NCBI RefSeq assembly: GCF_003334255.1 | Contig: NZ_QOWU01000005.1 | Source of the DNA: Escherichia coli | Lineage (GTDB): Bacteria > Pseudomonadota > Gammaproteobacteria > Enterobacterales > Enterobacteriaceae | Strand: one strand, 5' to 3' | DNA: 64,000 nucleotides | Shown: positions 37,866-48,642 of the stretch, one piece after another | Layout: each line of letters begins with the position of its first letter | How positions within the stretch are numbered: the stretch's first letter is position 1 | Program-made: the position numbers and the translations under genes | Notes under the pieces: generated by a model | What the model was told of the DNA's origin: nothing | The model's input: the letters and a program-made list of their open reading frames with translations, nothing else | Databases searched by the model: none

Positions 37866-38795
37866 ATGAAACCACTGCTGGATGTGTTGATGATCCTCGA
37901 TGCCTTAGAAAAAGAAGGCAGTTTTGCGGCGGCGTCGGCCAAACTCTACAAGACGCCGTCCGCTCTGAGTTACACCGTTCACAAGCTGGAAAGCGACCTT
38001 AATATTCAATTGCTTGATCGTAGCGGTCACCGCGCTAAATTCACCCGCACCGGAAAAATGTTATTAGAGAAAGGGCGGGAAGTTCTGCATACCGTGCGGG
38101 AACTGGAAAAGCAGGCGATCAAACTGCATGAAGGCTGGGAAAACGAGCTGGTGATTGGCGTGGACGACACGTTTCCTTTTTCTCTGCTTGCGCCACTGAT
38201 TGAAGCTTTTTATCAACATCATAGCGTGACGCGCCTGAAGTTTATCAATGGCGTACTCGGTGGTTCCTGGGATGCCCTGACTCAGGGGCGAGCGGATATT
38301 ATTGTTGGCGCGATGCATGAGCCACCATCTTCCAGTGAGTTTGGTTTTTCACGGTTGGGCGATCTGGAACAAGTCTTTGCGGTCGCGCCTCATCATCCGT
38401 TAGCCCTGGAAGAAGAGCCGTTAAACCGTCGTATTATTAAGCGATATCGGGCGATTGCGGTGGGGGATACTGCGCAGGCAGGCGCTTCTACGGCCTCACA
38501 ACTTCTCGACGAACAAGAAGCCATTACCGTTTTCGATTTTAAAACCAAGCTGGAGCTGCAAATTAGCGGCCTCGGCTGCGGCTATTTACCCCGTTATCTG
38601 GCACAACGTTTTCTCGATAGTGGCGCGTTAATAGAGAAGAAAGTGGTCGCCCAAACTCTCTTTGAACCCGTCTGGATTGGCTGGAACGAACAGACCGCAG
38701 GGCTTGCCAGCGGCTGGTGGCGGGATGAAATTTTAGCAAATAGTGCGATCGCCGGTGTTTATGCAAAATCTGATGACGGAAAATCAGCCATTTAA
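37866..38795 (+). CDS. yeeY: LysR-family transcriptional regulator YeeY
   Basis: 309-aa ORF with N-terminal wHTH (FAAASAKLYKTPSALSYTVHKLESDL) and a C-terminal LysR substrate-binding domain. Confidence 0.85.
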   Translation: MKPLLDVLMILDALEKEGSFAAASAKLYKTPSALSYTVHKLESDLNIQLLDRSGHRAKFTRTGKMLLEKGREVLHTVRELEKQAIKLHEGWENELVIGVDDTFPFSLLAPLIEAFYQHHSVTRLKFINGVLGGSWDALTQGRADIIVGAMHEPPSSSEFGFSRLGDLEQVFAVAPHHPLALEEEPLNRRIIKRYRAIAVGDTAQAGASTASQLLDEQEAITVFDFKTKLELQISGLGCGYLPRYLAQRFLDSGALIEKKVVAQTLFEPVWIGWNEQTAGLASGWWRDEILANSAIAGVYAKSDDGKSAI

Positions 38796-39061
38796 AGAAA
38801 AATTATTATGACAAGCCTCTCATTCTCTTGTCATTTCCCCCCCATTTAGGCACAATGCGCCGCTGTCAAAAAATGACTAAAAACCGACGTTTCATCAGCG
38901 TCGGTTATTTTTTGCTTCAAACCAATCATTCATACCAAGAGGCCGGGCTTCGTACCGGATAGATATTTACTAAAAATCGACAGTTGTTGTCGCTGAGGAA
39001 TCCAAAAAAATGGGGCAATTTTTTGCTTACGCGACGGTTATCACCGTAAAGGAGAATGACC

Positions 39062-40420
39062 ATGTCGCATAACGTTACTCCAAACACCTCTCGCGTGGAA
39101 TTGCGTAAAACGCTTACGTTAGTTCCGGTTGTAATGATGGGTCTTGCCTATATGCAGCCGATGACGCTGTTTGATACTTTTGGTATCGTTTCAGGCCTCA
39201 CGGATGGTCATGTGCCGACAGCCTATGCGTTCGCATTGATTGCGATCCTGTTTACGGCTCTGAGCTACGGGAAACTGGTTCGCCGCTATCCTTCTGCTGG
39301 CTCTGCATACACTTACGCCCAGAAATCCATTAGCCCGACTGTCGGCTTTATGGTGGGTTGGTCTTCTCTGCTCGACTATCTGTTCGCGCCGATGATCAAC
39401 ATTCTGCTGGCGAAAATCTATTTTGAAGCTCTGGTGCCTTCCATCCCATCGTGGATGTTTGTGGTGGCGCTGGTGGCCTTTATGACCGCCTTTAACCTGC
39501 GTAGTCTGAAATCCGTAGCGAACTTCAACACTGTAATCGTCGTGTTGCAGGTAGTGCTGATCGCGGTGATTCTGGGCATGGTTGTTTATGGCGTATTTGA
39601 AGGTGAAGGCGCTGGTACGCTGGCGAGCACTCGTCCGTTCTGGTCTGGCGATGCGCATGTTATCCCGATGATTACCGGGGCGACAATCCTGTGCTTCTCC
39701 TTTACCGGCTTTGACGGCATCAGCAATCTGTCGGAAGAAACCAAAGATGCAGAGCGCGTGATCCCGCGTGCGATTTTCCTGACCGCGCTGATTGGCGGCA
39801 TGATCTTCATCTTTGCAACTTACTTCCTGCAGCTGTACTTCCCGGATATCTCTCGCTTTAAAGATCCGGATGCGTCACAGCCTGAAATCATGCTGTATGT
39901 TGCGGGTAAAGCGTTCCAGGTTGGCGCGCTGATCTTCTCCACCATTACCGTACTGGCGTCCGGTATGGCGGCGCACGCAGGCGTAGCGCGTCTGATGTAC
40001 GTAATGGGTCGTGACGGCGTGTTCCCGAAAAGCTTCTTCGGTTATGTACACCCGAAATGGCGTACTCCGGCGATGAACATCATCCTGGTTGGCGCGATTG
40101 CCCTGCTGGCAATCAACTTCGACCTGGTAATGGCTACGGCGCTGATTAACTTTGGTGCGCTGGTAGCGTTCACTTTCGTTAACCTGTCGGTCATCTCGCA
40201 GTTCTGGATCCGTGAGAAGCGTAACAAGACGCTGAAAGATCACTTCCAGTATCTGTTCCTGCCGATGTGTGGTGCGCTGACCGTTGGTGCGCTGTGGGTT
40301 AACCTGGAAGAAAGCTCAATGGTTCTGGGTCTGATCTGGGCTGCTATCGGTCTGATTTACCTGGCTTGCGTCACCAAGAGCTTCCGTAATCCGGTTCCGC
40401 AGTACGAAGACGTAGCATAA
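39062..40420 (+). CDS. plaP: Putrescine importer PlaP (APC-family amino acid/polyamine permease)
   Basis: ORF 39056..40420; start placed at [18 protein letters not shown]; 12-TM APC permease. Confidence 0.9.
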   Translation: MSHNVTPNTSRVELRKTLTLVPVVMMGLAYMQPMTLFDTFGIVSGLTDGHVPTAYAFALIAILFTALSYGKLVRRYPSAGSAYTYAQKSISPTVGFMVGWSSLLDYLFAPMINILLAKIYFEALVPSIPSWMFVVALVAFMTAFNLRSLKSVANFNTVIVVLQVVLIAVILGMVVYGVFEGEGAGTLASTRPFWSGDAHVIPMITGATILCFSFTGFDGISNLSEETKDAERVIPRAIFLTALIGGMIFIFATYFLQLYFPDISRFKDPDASQPEIMLYVAGKAFQVGALIFSTITVLASGMAAHAGVARLMYVMGRDGVFPKSFFGYVHPKWRTPAMNIILVGAIALLAINFDLVMATALINFGALVAFTFVNLSVISQFWIREKRNKTLKDHFQYLFLPMCGALTVGALWVNLEESSMVLGLIWAAIGLIYLACVTKSFRNPVPQYEDVA

Positions 40421-40440
40421 TCATCTTTTCTAATAATAAA

Positions 40441-40476
40441 CCGGAGTCGAATGATTATTTGGCTCCGGTTTTTTTA
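40441..40476 (+). terminator. Rho-independent terminator after plaP
   Basis: CCGGAGTCGAATGATTATTTGGCTCCGG hairpin followed by T7. Confidence 0.6.
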
Positions 40477-40598
40477 TTCTTTTTTATCGAAATCCTCATT
40501 AATAACCATTTGTTCTAATTTAGAGAATTTGGTTATTGGTCTGCATTCCACCAGTCATGAATAATTTTCTCATTAACATTCATCTGGTTAATTAATTT

Positions 40599-41657
40599 AT
40601 GTTTTCAATGATATTAAGCGGGCTAATTTGTGGTGCTCTGCTGGGATTTGTCATGCAGCGTGGGCGTTTTTGCCTGACAGGTGGTTTTCGCGATATGTAT
40701 ATCGCGAAAAATAATCGCATGTTTTACGCCTTGCTGATTGCAATTTCGGTACAAAGCGTGGGGGTTTTTGCGTTAATTCAGGCGGGCCTACTGACTTACG
40801 AAGCCGGGGCGTTCCCGTGGCTTGGTACTGTTATAGGTGGGTATATCTTCGGGCTGGGAATTGTTCTGGCGGGTGGATGTGCCACCGGGACCTGGTATCG
40901 CGCGGGGGAGGGATTGATCGGCAGTTGGATCGCGCTTTTCACTTATATGGTGATGAGTGCGGTGATGCGTTCTCCACATGCCAGTGGTTTAAATCAAACC
41001 TTGCAGCACTACAGTACTGAACATAACTCTATTGCTGAGACTTTTAATTTGTCTGTGTGGCCGTTGGTTACCGTTTTGCTGGTGATAACGCTCTGGGTGG
41101 TGATGAAAGAGTTGAAGAAGCCAAAACTCAAAGTCGCGACCTTACCGCCGCGCCGAACCGGGATCGCTCATATTCTGTTTGAAAAACGCTGGCATCCCTT
41201 TGTCACTGCTGTACTCATCGGTTTGATTGCGCTTTTAGCCTGGCCCCTGAGTGAAGCAACCGGACGCATGTTTGGGTTAGGAATCACTTCCCCAACGGCC
41301 AATATTCTGCAATTTCTGGTCGCGGGTGACGTGAAATACATTAACTGGGGCGTTTTCCTGGTGTTAGGGATCTTCGTGGGGTCATTTATTGCAGCCAAAG
41401 CGAGCCGTGAGTTCCGCGTTCGCGCAGCTGATGCACAAACAACATTACGTAGCGGGTTAGGTGGTGTACTGATGGGCTTCGGTGCCAGTATTGCAGGTGG
41501 TTGCTCTATCGGTAATGGACTGGTTATGACTGCAATGATGACCTGGCAGGGCTGGATTGGCCTTGTATTTATGATTCTCGGAGTCTGGACTGCGTCCTGG
41601 CTTGTGTATGTTCGACCGCAGCGTAAGGCGCGACTGGCGACTGCTGCGGCAAATTAA
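40599..41657 (+). CDS. yeeE: Thiosulfate transporter YeeE/TsuA (YeeE/YedE family)
   Basis: 352-aa membrane ORF with duplicated Cys-containing motifs (QRGRFCLTGG ... AGGCSIGNG). Confidence 0.88.
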   Translation: MFSMILSGLICGALLGFVMQRGRFCLTGGFRDMYIAKNNRMFYALLIAISVQSVGVFALIQAGLLTYEAGAFPWLGTVIGGYIFGLGIVLAGGCATGTWYRAGEGLIGSWIALFTYMVMSAVMRSPHASGLNQTLQHYSTEHNSIAETFNLSVWPLVTVLLVITLWVVMKELKKPKLKVATLPPRRTGIAHILFEKRWHPFVTAVLIGLIALLAWPLSEATGRMFGLGITSPTANILQFLVAGDVKYINWGVFLVLGIFVGSFIAAKASREFRVRAADAQTTLRSGLGGVLMGFGASIAGGCSIGNGLVMTAMMTWQGWIGLVFMILGVWTASWLVYVRPQRKARLATAAAN

Positions 41658-41670
41658 GTAAGGTGTAAAG

Positions 41671-41898
41671 ATGGCGATTAAAAAGCTGGATGTGGTGACG
41701 CAGGTCTGTCCGTTTCCACTCATAGAAGCAAAAGCAGCACTGGCAGAAATGGCCAGCGGCGATGAGTTGGTAATTGAGTTTGATTGCACCCAGGCAACTG
41801 AAGCAATCCCACAGTGGGCGGCAGAAGAAGGACATGCCATCACCGATTATCAGCAGATTGGCGATGCAGCGTGGAGCATCACCGTCCAAAAAGCCTGA
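41671..41898 (+). CDS. yeeD: TusA-like sulfurtransferase YeeD/TsuB
   Basis: 75-aa ORF with the TusA CPxP motif (VTQVCPFPLIEAK). Confidence 0.88.
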   Translation: MAIKKLDVVTQVCPFPLIEAKAALAEMASGDELVIEFDCTQATEAIPQWAAEEGHAITDYQQIGDAAWSITVQKA

Positions 41899-41940
41899 CT
41901 CAACATTGTCCTCCGCCGTACCAGCGGCGGAGGCTTCAAA

Positions 41941-43368
41941 TTAGACGATCTCTTCCGCGTACTGCCAAAGTGCTTTTAACAGCGCCACTTTCTCTTTGTC
42001 ATCGGCATATTGTTGTACCAGCATCTGCAATTCATCAGCATAACCTTGCAAAAACTCTGGCGTGAATACCTGGCGGCGGTGCTCCAGCCAGCGTTGCTGC
42101 TCGGCATAATCCAGCGTCCCCGGGAAGTTGCGTGCCCGATAATTGAACAACAGCTTTTCAATCCGTTTATCAACAAAAGTGATATCCAGTGCCGGTAAAT
42201 TACGTGGCTTGGTTTCCAGCACAATTTTCATTGCTGCACGATCTGCGTCACTGAAAAAGCCGTTATAAAGCTGTGCATCCACGTTATCTGTAGGCGTAAA
42301 CGGTTCGGCTTCCGCGAATATCGCCACCACTTTTTCACGCACTTGCGGATTTTCACGCAGAATTTTCAGGTTATCGAGGCAATGCTGACGATTAATTCCC
42401 AGTCGGTCGGCATCTTCCGGGCGTAGCGTATTCGCCTGGGCCAGCACCGGACATTTATTGATGTGCACCAGCTTAACCGGAACGGCGGCGTTATCGCCAA
42501 GATCGGTTTTTGCGGTATATAAACGCTCGCGCAATGTGTCGCTATCCAGTTCCAGTAATGGCGAAATGTCTCCTGCCAAATCCACCATAATTACAGCATT
42601 GCGATTTTCAGGATGCCACGCCAGCGGTGCCACCCAGCTGGTATTGCCGCGCCATGCCCCAAACATTCCGGAAACGTGAACCAGGGGTTTCATCTGCGGA
42701 ACATCAATCAACGCCATCAGTTTGTGTTTATTACGATGGGTAAAGAGATAATCAAACAGGCGTGGCTGACGCGTTTTTACCAGTTTCGCCATCGCAATAG
42801 TGGCGTACACATCAGCCATCGCATCGTGGGCGTTGCTATGTTCAATACCATTCGCTTTGGTTAAATGCTCAAGGCGAAAGCTCGGTAGACCGTCATCATT
42901 TTCAGGCCAGTTTATTCCTTCCGGGCGCAGGGCATAACAGGCACGCATAACATCCAGTAAATCCCAGCGCGAGTTATCATGCTGCCAGCTCCAGGCGTAA
43001 GGATCGTAGAAATTACGATAAAAAATGTTGCGTGTGACTTCGTCGTCGAAACGCACATTGTTGTAGCCCAGAATACAGGTCTTCGGTACGGTAAAAAGCG
43101 AGTGAATACGGGCGGCAAACGCGGCTTCGTTTTCTCCTTTCGCCCGTGCTTCCTGCGGGGTAATACCGGTAATTAATACGGCTCCTGGCTGGGGTAAATA
43201 GTCATCAGCGGGCTTGCAGTAAAAGACTTCGGGTTCGCCGATGACATTGAATTCGCTATCGGTGCGAATGGCTGCGAACTGTGCAGGGCGATCTAACGCG
43301 GGGTGCGTGCCAAAGGTTTCGTAATCGTGAAACAAAAAGGTAGATTGTTGCTTACCGTCATTCATCAT
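41941..43368 (-). CDS. sbcB: Exodeoxyribonuclease I
   Basis: ORF 41941..43440; start placed at MMNDGKQQSTFLFHDYETFG (DEDDh exonuclease motif). Confidence 0.93.
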   Translation of the reverse strand: MMNDGKQQSTFLFHDYETFGTHPALDRPAQFAAIRTDSEFNVIGEPEVFYCKPADDYLPQPGAVLITGITPQEARAKGENEAAFAARIHSLFTVPKTCILGYNNVRFDDEVTRNIFYRNFYDPYAWSWQHDNSRWDLLDVMRACYALRPEGINWPENDDGLPSFRLEHLTKANGIEHSNAHDAMADVYATIAMAKLVKTRQPRLFDYLFTHRNKHKLMALIDVPQMKPLVHVSGMFGAWRGNTSWVAPLAWHPENRNAVIMVDLAGDISPLLELDSDTLRERLYTAKTDLGDNAAVPVKLVHINKCPVLAQANTLRPEDADRLGINRQHCLDNLKILRENPQVREKVVAIFAEAEPFTPTDNVDAQLYNGFFSDADRAAMKIVLETKPRNLPALDITFVDKRIEKLLFNYRARNFPGTLDYAEQQRWLEHRRQVFTPEFLQGYADELQMLVQQYADDKEKVALLKALWQYAEEIV

Positions 43369-43570
43369 TAGGTTAAATCCGTTATTTCTGCTGTCTGCCA
43401 GAGTATCAAATATCACCGTGCTAATCAGCTTTAGCGCCACAATTTGGCAGCGAGTGGCAACAGATCATGTCAGATAAAAATGAGAGGGTAGTCACATTTT
43501 CTTGCACTTTATTCCAGCCAGTTCATAAGTATTTCCGTAAAAAGAACAGCTATTTGAAACTCCTGAGGGT

Positions 43571-44743
43571 TTGCTGTTGAAACGCCGTCTTATTATTGCT
43601 GCTTCTTTGTTCGTTTTTAACTTATCGTCTGGTTTTGCGGCGGAAAACATTCCTTTTTCACCTCAGCCTCCAGAGATTCATGCCGGGTCCTGGGTATTGA
43701 TGGATTACACCACCGGTCAGATCCTCACCGCGGGTAATGAGCATCAACAGCGCAATCCCGCCAGCCTGACAAAGCTGATGACGGGTTATGTCGTGGATCG
43801 CGCTATCGATAGTCATCGCATTACGCCAGACGATATTGTCACCGTGGGGCGCGATGCGTGGGCGAAAGATAATCCGGTGTTTGTCGGTTCTTCACTGATG
43901 TTTTTGAAAGAGGGCGATCGCGTATCGGTACGTGATTTAAGCCGTGGTTTAATTGTGGATTCCGGAAATGACGCTTGTGTTGCTCTGGCTGACTATATTG
44001 CCGGTGGGCAACGGCAGTTTGTTGAAATGATGAACAACTATGCCGAGAAGCTGCATCTCAAGGATACGCATTTTGAAACAGTGCATGGTCTGGATGCACC
44101 TGGCCAGCATAGCTCGGCTTATGATTTAGCTGTGCTTTCTCGCGCTATCATCCACGGCGAGCCCGAGTTTTATCATATGTACAGTGAGAAAAGTCTCACC
44201 TGGAACGGTATCACCCAGCAAAACCGTAACGGGTTGTTGTGGGATAAAACCATGAATGTTGACGGCCTGAAAACGGGTCATACTTCTGGTGCCGGGTTTA
44301 ATCTCATTGCTTCGGCTGTAGATGGGCAGCGTCGTCTCATTGCAGTGGTAATGGGGGCTGACAGTGCAAAAGGTCGTGAGGAAGAGGCAAGAAAATTACT
44401 GCGTTGGGGGCAACAAAACTTTACTACGGTGCAAATTTTGCACCGTGGGAAAAAGGTCGGAACGGAACGCATCTGGTATGGCGATAAAGAAAATATCGAC
44501 CTGGGAACGGAACAAGAGTTCTGGATGGTGCTACCGAAAGCCGAAATTCCACATATCAAAGCCAAATATACCCTTGATGGTAAAGAGCTCACCGCGCCAA
44601 TTAGCGCCCATCAGCGGGTAGGGGAAATTGAACTTTACGACCGTGATAAACAGGTGGCGCACTGGCCGCTGGTTACCCTGGAATCTGTCGGGGAAGGCGG
44701 CATGTTTTCCCGCCTGAGTGATTATTTCCACCATAAGGCCTGA
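43571..44743 (+). CDS. dacD: D-alanyl-D-alanine carboxypeptidase DacD (PBP6b)
   Basis: 390-aa ORF with signal peptide and SxxK (PASLTKLMT), SGN (DSGNDA) and KTG (LKTGHT) motifs; TTG start as in the ORF track. Confidence 0.9.
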   Translation: MLLKRRLIIAASLFVFNLSSGFAAENIPFSPQPPEIHAGSWVLMDYTTGQILTAGNEHQQRNPASLTKLMTGYVVDRAIDSHRITPDDIVTVGRDAWAKDNPVFVGSSLMFLKEGDRVSVRDLSRGLIVDSGNDACVALADYIAGGQRQFVEMMNNYAEKLHLKDTHFETVHGLDAPGQHSSAYDLAVLSRAIIHGEPEFYHMYSEKSLTWNGITQQNRNGLLWDKTMNVDGLKTGHTSGAGFNLIASAVDGQRRLIAVVMGADSAKGREEEARKLLRWGQQNFTTVQILHRGKKVGTERIWYGDKENIDLGTEQEFWMVLPKAEIPHIKAKYTLDGKELTAPISAHQRVGEIELYDRDKQVAHWPLVTLESVGEGGMFSRLSDYFHHKA

Positions 44744-44861
44744 CCTTTCTTTTGCAGCAGACTGGCAGGAGTGCGAGTCTGCTCGCATAATCAACACTCA
44801 TTCCTTGTGGTTTTAATATTGCAACTATACTGTATATAAAAACAGTGTTAATGGAGGCGTC

Positions 44862-45335
44862 ATGAACTACGAGATTAAGCAGGAAGAGAAACGTACCGTT
44901 GCAGGTTTCCATCTCGTTGGCCCGTGGGAACAGACTGTAAAGAAAGGCTTTGAGCAGTTGATGATGTGGGTAGATAACAAAAATATTGTGCCGAAGGAGT
45001 GGGTTGCTGTCTATTACGACAATCCAGATGAAACACCCGCCGAAAAATTACGCTGCGACACCGTTGTGACGGTACCGAATAACTTTACGCTTCCCGAAAA
45101 CAGTGAGGGCGTCATTCTGACAGAAATTTCAGGTGGTCAGTATGCGGTGGCGGTGGCTCGTGTAGTCGGTGATGATTTTGCTAAACCCTGGTATCAGTTC
45201 TTTAATAGCCTCTTGCAGGACAGTGCTTATGAAATGTTACCAAAGCCCTGCTTCGAGGTTTATTTGAACAATGGCGCGGAAGATGGGTACTGGGATATCG
45301 AAATGTATGTTGCGGTGCAGCCAAAACATCACTAA
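44862..45335 (+). CDS. sbmC: DNA gyrase inhibitor SbmC (GyrI)
   Basis: 157-aa [40 protein letters not shown]. Confidence 0.9.
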   Translation: MNYEIKQEEKRTVAGFHLVGPWEQTVKKGFEQLMMWVDNKNIVPKEWVAVYYDNPDETPAEKLRCDTVVTVPNNFTLPENSEGVILTEISGGQYAVAVARVVGDDFAKPWYQFFNSLLQDSAYEMLPKPCFEVYLNNGAEDGYWDIEMYVAVQPKHH

Positions 45336-45532
45336 TTCATCTCAGGGCGGTGTGTTAACGCGATGACCACTCTTTTTTTGAAAGCGAAAAGAGTAAGATG
45401 CGCCTTTCAATTTTTTCGCTCCTGCCGGGAAATTACACTGTTCCCGGTTTGTCCGTCGGATAATTCAGAGGCGCGCCTTCTGGCCGACAGATGAGTTATG
45501 AGCGCTTTTAATCTTCATTACGGAGTTTCTGC

Positions 45533-46591
45533 GTGCGTGCCGATAAGTCATTAAGCCCGTTTGAAATCCGGGTATACCGCCATTACCGCATAGTGCATGG
45601 TACTCGGGTCGCGCTGGCATTCCTGCTCACTTTTCTCATTATCCGCCTGTTTACTATCCCGGAAAGCACCTGGCCGCTGGTCACCATGGTGGTGATTATG
45701 GGGCCAATCTCGTTCTGGGGTAACGTTGTCCCTCGTGCCTTCGAACGTATTGGCGGTACGGTGTTGGGTTCGATTTTAGGTCTTATCGCTCTGCAACTGG
45801 AGTTAATTTCGTTACCGCTGATGTTAGTCTGGTGCGCGGCGGCGATGTTTCTTTGCGGTTGGCTGGCGCTGGGCAAGAAACCGTATCAAGGATTATTGAT
45901 TGGGGTGACGCTGGCAATTGTTGTTGGTTCCCCGACAGGTGAAATTGATACGGCGTTATGGCGAAGCGGCGATGTGATCCTCGGCTCTTTACTGGCAATG
46001 TTGTTTACCGGTATCTGGCCACAACGGGCGTTCATCCACTGGCGCATTCAACTGGCGAAAAGTCTGACCGAGTATAATCGGGTCTATCAATCTGCATTCT
46101 CACCGAACTTACTCGAACGCCCACGTCTGGAAAGCCATCTACAAAAACTCCTGACCGATGCCGTGAAAATGCGTGGGCTGATTGCGCCCGCCAGCAAAGA
46201 AACCCGTATTCCCAAATCGATATATGAAGGTATCCAGACCATTAACCGCAATCTGGTTTGTATGCTGGAGTTGCAAATCAATGCGTACTGGGCCACGCGC
46301 CCCAGCCATTTCGTGTTATTGAACGCGCAAAAACTTCGTGATACCCAGCACATGATGCAGCAAATACTGCTGAGCCTTGTTCATGCGCTGTACGAAGGTA
46401 ATCCGCAGCCGGTTTTTGCCAATACGGAAAAATTGAACGATGCTGTGGAAGAGCTGCGTCAGTTGCTCGATAACCACCATGACCTGAAGGTTGTGGAAAC
46501 ACCAATCTATGGTTATGTGTGGCTGAACATGGAAACGGCACATCAGCTTGAGTTGCTATCGAATCTGATTTGCCGGGCCTTGCGCAAATAA
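45533..46591 (+). CDS. yeeA: Inner membrane protein YeeA (FUSC-like putative efflux/transporter)
   Basis: 352-aa ORF with N-terminal TM segments and a C-terminal helical domain. Confidence 0.85.
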   Translation: MRADKSLSPFEIRVYRHYRIVHGTRVALAFLLTFLIIRLFTIPESTWPLVTMVVIMGPISFWGNVVPRAFERIGGTVLGSILGLIALQLELISLPLMLVWCAAAMFLCGWLALGKKPYQGLLIGVTLAIVVGSPTGEIDTALWRSGDVILGSLLAMLFTGIWPQRAFIHWRIQLAKSLTEYNRVYQSAFSPNLLERPRLESHLQKLLTDAVKMRGLIAPASKETRIPKSIYEGIQTINRNLVCMLELQINAYWATRPSHFVLLNAQKLRDTQHMMQQILLSLVHALYEGNPQPVFANTEKLNDAVEELRQLLDNHHDLKVVETPIYGYVWLNMETAHQLELLSNLICRALRK

Positions 46592-46762
46592 TTCCTGAAC
46601 TTCAGAATCATCTTGCTGCTGCTTCGATTCAGCAAGGATAAAGGGTATGATAGTGAAAAGGGATAAAAGCATTGTCATCTGCGGCAGCTATGAGTAATGT
46701 TGGCCCTAACGAATAGCGGTTGCTTAAACGAATCCGACTCTCACATTATCAGGGGTATAAAA

Positions 46763-47092
46763 ATGGAAACTACCAAGCCTTCATTCCAGGACGTACTGGA
46801 ATTTGTTCGTCTGTTCCGTCGTAAGAACAAACTGCAACGTGAAATTCAGGACGTTGAGAAAAAGATCCGTGACAACCAGAAGCGCGTCCTGTTGCTGGAC
46901 AACCTGAGCGATTACATCAAGCCAGGGATGAGCGTTGAAGCAATCCAGGGCATCATCGCCAGCATGAAAGGTGACTATGAAGATCGCGTTGACGATTACA
47001 TCATCAAAAATGCCGAGCTCTCCAAAGAACGCCGCGATATCTCCAAAAAGCTGAAAGCTATGGGCGAAATGAAAAACGGCGAAGCGAAGTAA
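46763..47092 (+). CDS. yeeX: UPF0265 protein YeeX
   Basis: ORF 46697..47092; start placed at [30 protein letters not shown] (109 aa). Confidence 0.88.
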   Translation: METTKPSFQDVLEFVRLFRRKNKLQREIQDVEKKIRDNQKRVLLLDNLSDYIKPGMSVEAIQGIIASMKGDYEDRVDDYIIKNAELSKERRDISKKLKAMGEMKNGEAK

Positions 47093-47192
47093 TTCCCGTT
47101 TTATTCAATGAGGGTTGCCCGGCAACCCTCATTGCTCATTGATTCTTATCTGTGTATCACCGTCATCATTCTCATCTGAGAACCAATCGAAA

Positions 47193-47375
47193 TTAACAAC
47201 AGCCTTCTTCTGTATGCAGCAAGGCAAAAAGTTCTGTAACTCCATTGTTATTAACTGCACTGGTTACTAACACGTTGTGCGCTCCAGCTTCCCGTAACCA
47301 ACTTTTCACCAAAGATATTTGTTCCATGCTGGCTAAATCTGCTTTGGTTACTACTCCAATGACCGGGTGATTCAT
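47193..47375 (-). pseudogene. C-terminal fragment of an EutP/PduV-family small GTPase (yoeF-like relic)
   Basis: Only the last ~60 aa (MNHPVIGVVTKADLASMEQISLVKSWLREAGAHNVLVTSAVNNNGVTELFALLHTEE) resemble EutP/PduV; the upstream part of the called ORF runs antisense over the IS66 fragment. Confidence 0.5.
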
Positions 47376-47442
47376 GGCCCGGTAGGGCGTTTTTACCTCT
47401 AATTCCTGCTTCAGCGCTGAGATTCCTGCTTGTTGCCGGAAA

Positions 47443-47575
47443 AGCAGGCACCTGCCGTCTGAACGGTATCGATCCGGAAGCGTATCTGCGCCATATTCTG
47501 AGCATACTGCCGGAATGGCCCTCCAACCGTGTTGACGAACTCCTGCCATGGAACGTAGTTCTCACCAATAAATAA
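47443..47575 (+). pseudogene. 3' fragment of an IS66-family transposase gene
   Basis: Translation AGTCRLNGIDPEAYLRHILSILPEWPSNRVDELLPWNVVLTNK* matches the conserved C-terminus of IS66 TnpC-type transposases; no upstream transposase body is present. Confidence 0.6.
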
Positions 47576-47989
47576 GCGTCAATACGGTGCTCCGTTGACG
47601 CTTACTTTAATCCGTTTTCTGAGCTTAGATTTTTCTGTTCCTACCCAGACCGTGGATTTGGAATTCATTTTTTGTCAGGTCAATGCTAATCGTTAAAACG
47701 GCCATAACGCACCTCCACTGGAAGGTTTATCAGTAATATCCTACCGTTGCTTCATGGTCGGGGCGTCCATTCCATTATTATCGGTTTTCCTTTCTGTTTA
47801 TAAATGAAAACGCCAGCTGTATTCAGGCTGGCGTCAGGGGAAATGAAGCCTGTTGAGTGAGATTCACCGGTTCTGGTGCAGAAGCTGCAGATGGCGCAGG
47901 GTAAGGACATCTTCTCTTGCCTGCTTAATACAGGACAACAGTGCTGTTTCTGTGGTTAATGGCACTATACCCTGCATCACTGCATTGTC

Positions 47990-48184
47990 TTACAGCAACT
48001 GGTGAGGGCTGGCATAAGTTGCCGGTGTTTCGGTAGAGTCACGGTCATCCACCACGCGGAGTGAATAACCGTTTTCAGCGGCCTTATTAATCAGTTCAGT
48101 GATATTAACACCATCAATGTCAACGACAATGTGCCCCATATCCAGCGCCTGTACGTTAACGCTGTCGGCTTCCAGTGTCATCAT
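47990..48184 (-). CDS. yeeW: Small prophage protein, YeeW-like
   Basis: 64-aa ORF immediately downstream of cbtA, overlapping its stop by 4 bp (ATGA). Confidence 0.55.
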   Translation of the reverse strand: MMTLEADSVNVQALDMGHIVVDIDGVNITELINKAAENGYSLRVVDDRDSTETPATYASPHQLL

Positions 48185-48554
48185 TTCGCCTCCGGATACT
48201 TACCCAGGGTAATGTTATTTACCGTTCTGTAATTGTCGCGGGTCATCAGGCCGGTCGCCCTGCGAGCCCGGAGGATATCGATGCTGTTTATTAACTGAGA
48301 GCGGGTACAGGCGCTGAATCCCGGCTGGTCGGTAGCACCAGCGCGTATTTTTCCACGAGAAAGTTCACCGCATCACACAGTGAAATGCCTGCCTCAATAT
48401 GCTGCTCAATCACACGTTCATCGGCAAAAGGTGTGTCATTCAGTGTGAGGCCATAGTGCTGGTCCAGCAGTCGGGACAGCAGTATCTGCCAGATTTCAAC
48501 AGGAGACGGGCGAGAACTGGCCGCCTGCCCGGGTAATACAGGTAATGTTTTCAT
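48181..48554 (-). pseudogene. cbtA: CbtA (YeeV) cytoskeleton-binding toxin gene, disrupted by a -1 frameshift
   Basis: ORF 48291..48554 gives the CbtA N-terminus ([73 protein letters not shown]); the C-terminus ([50 protein letters not shown]) continues in another frame from about 48300. Confidence 0.75.
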
Positions 48555-48642
48555 ACTGAAGATTTTCCTGATATGCAGATATAAAAATGGAAAAGTGGCG
48601 TGGTGAAAACACCAGGCCGTAGCAGAAGGCTATTCTGGAGAG

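Noticed and set aside
39191-40243. Antisense ORFs inside plaP (39191..39658 -, 39875..40243 -)
   Set aside because: Arg/His-rich translations antisense to a clear 12-TM permease gene.
46697-46762. N-terminal extension of yeeX ([22 protein letters not shown])
   Set aside because: The extension is not part of the 109-aa YeeX as I recall it; start placed at the internal METTKPSF.
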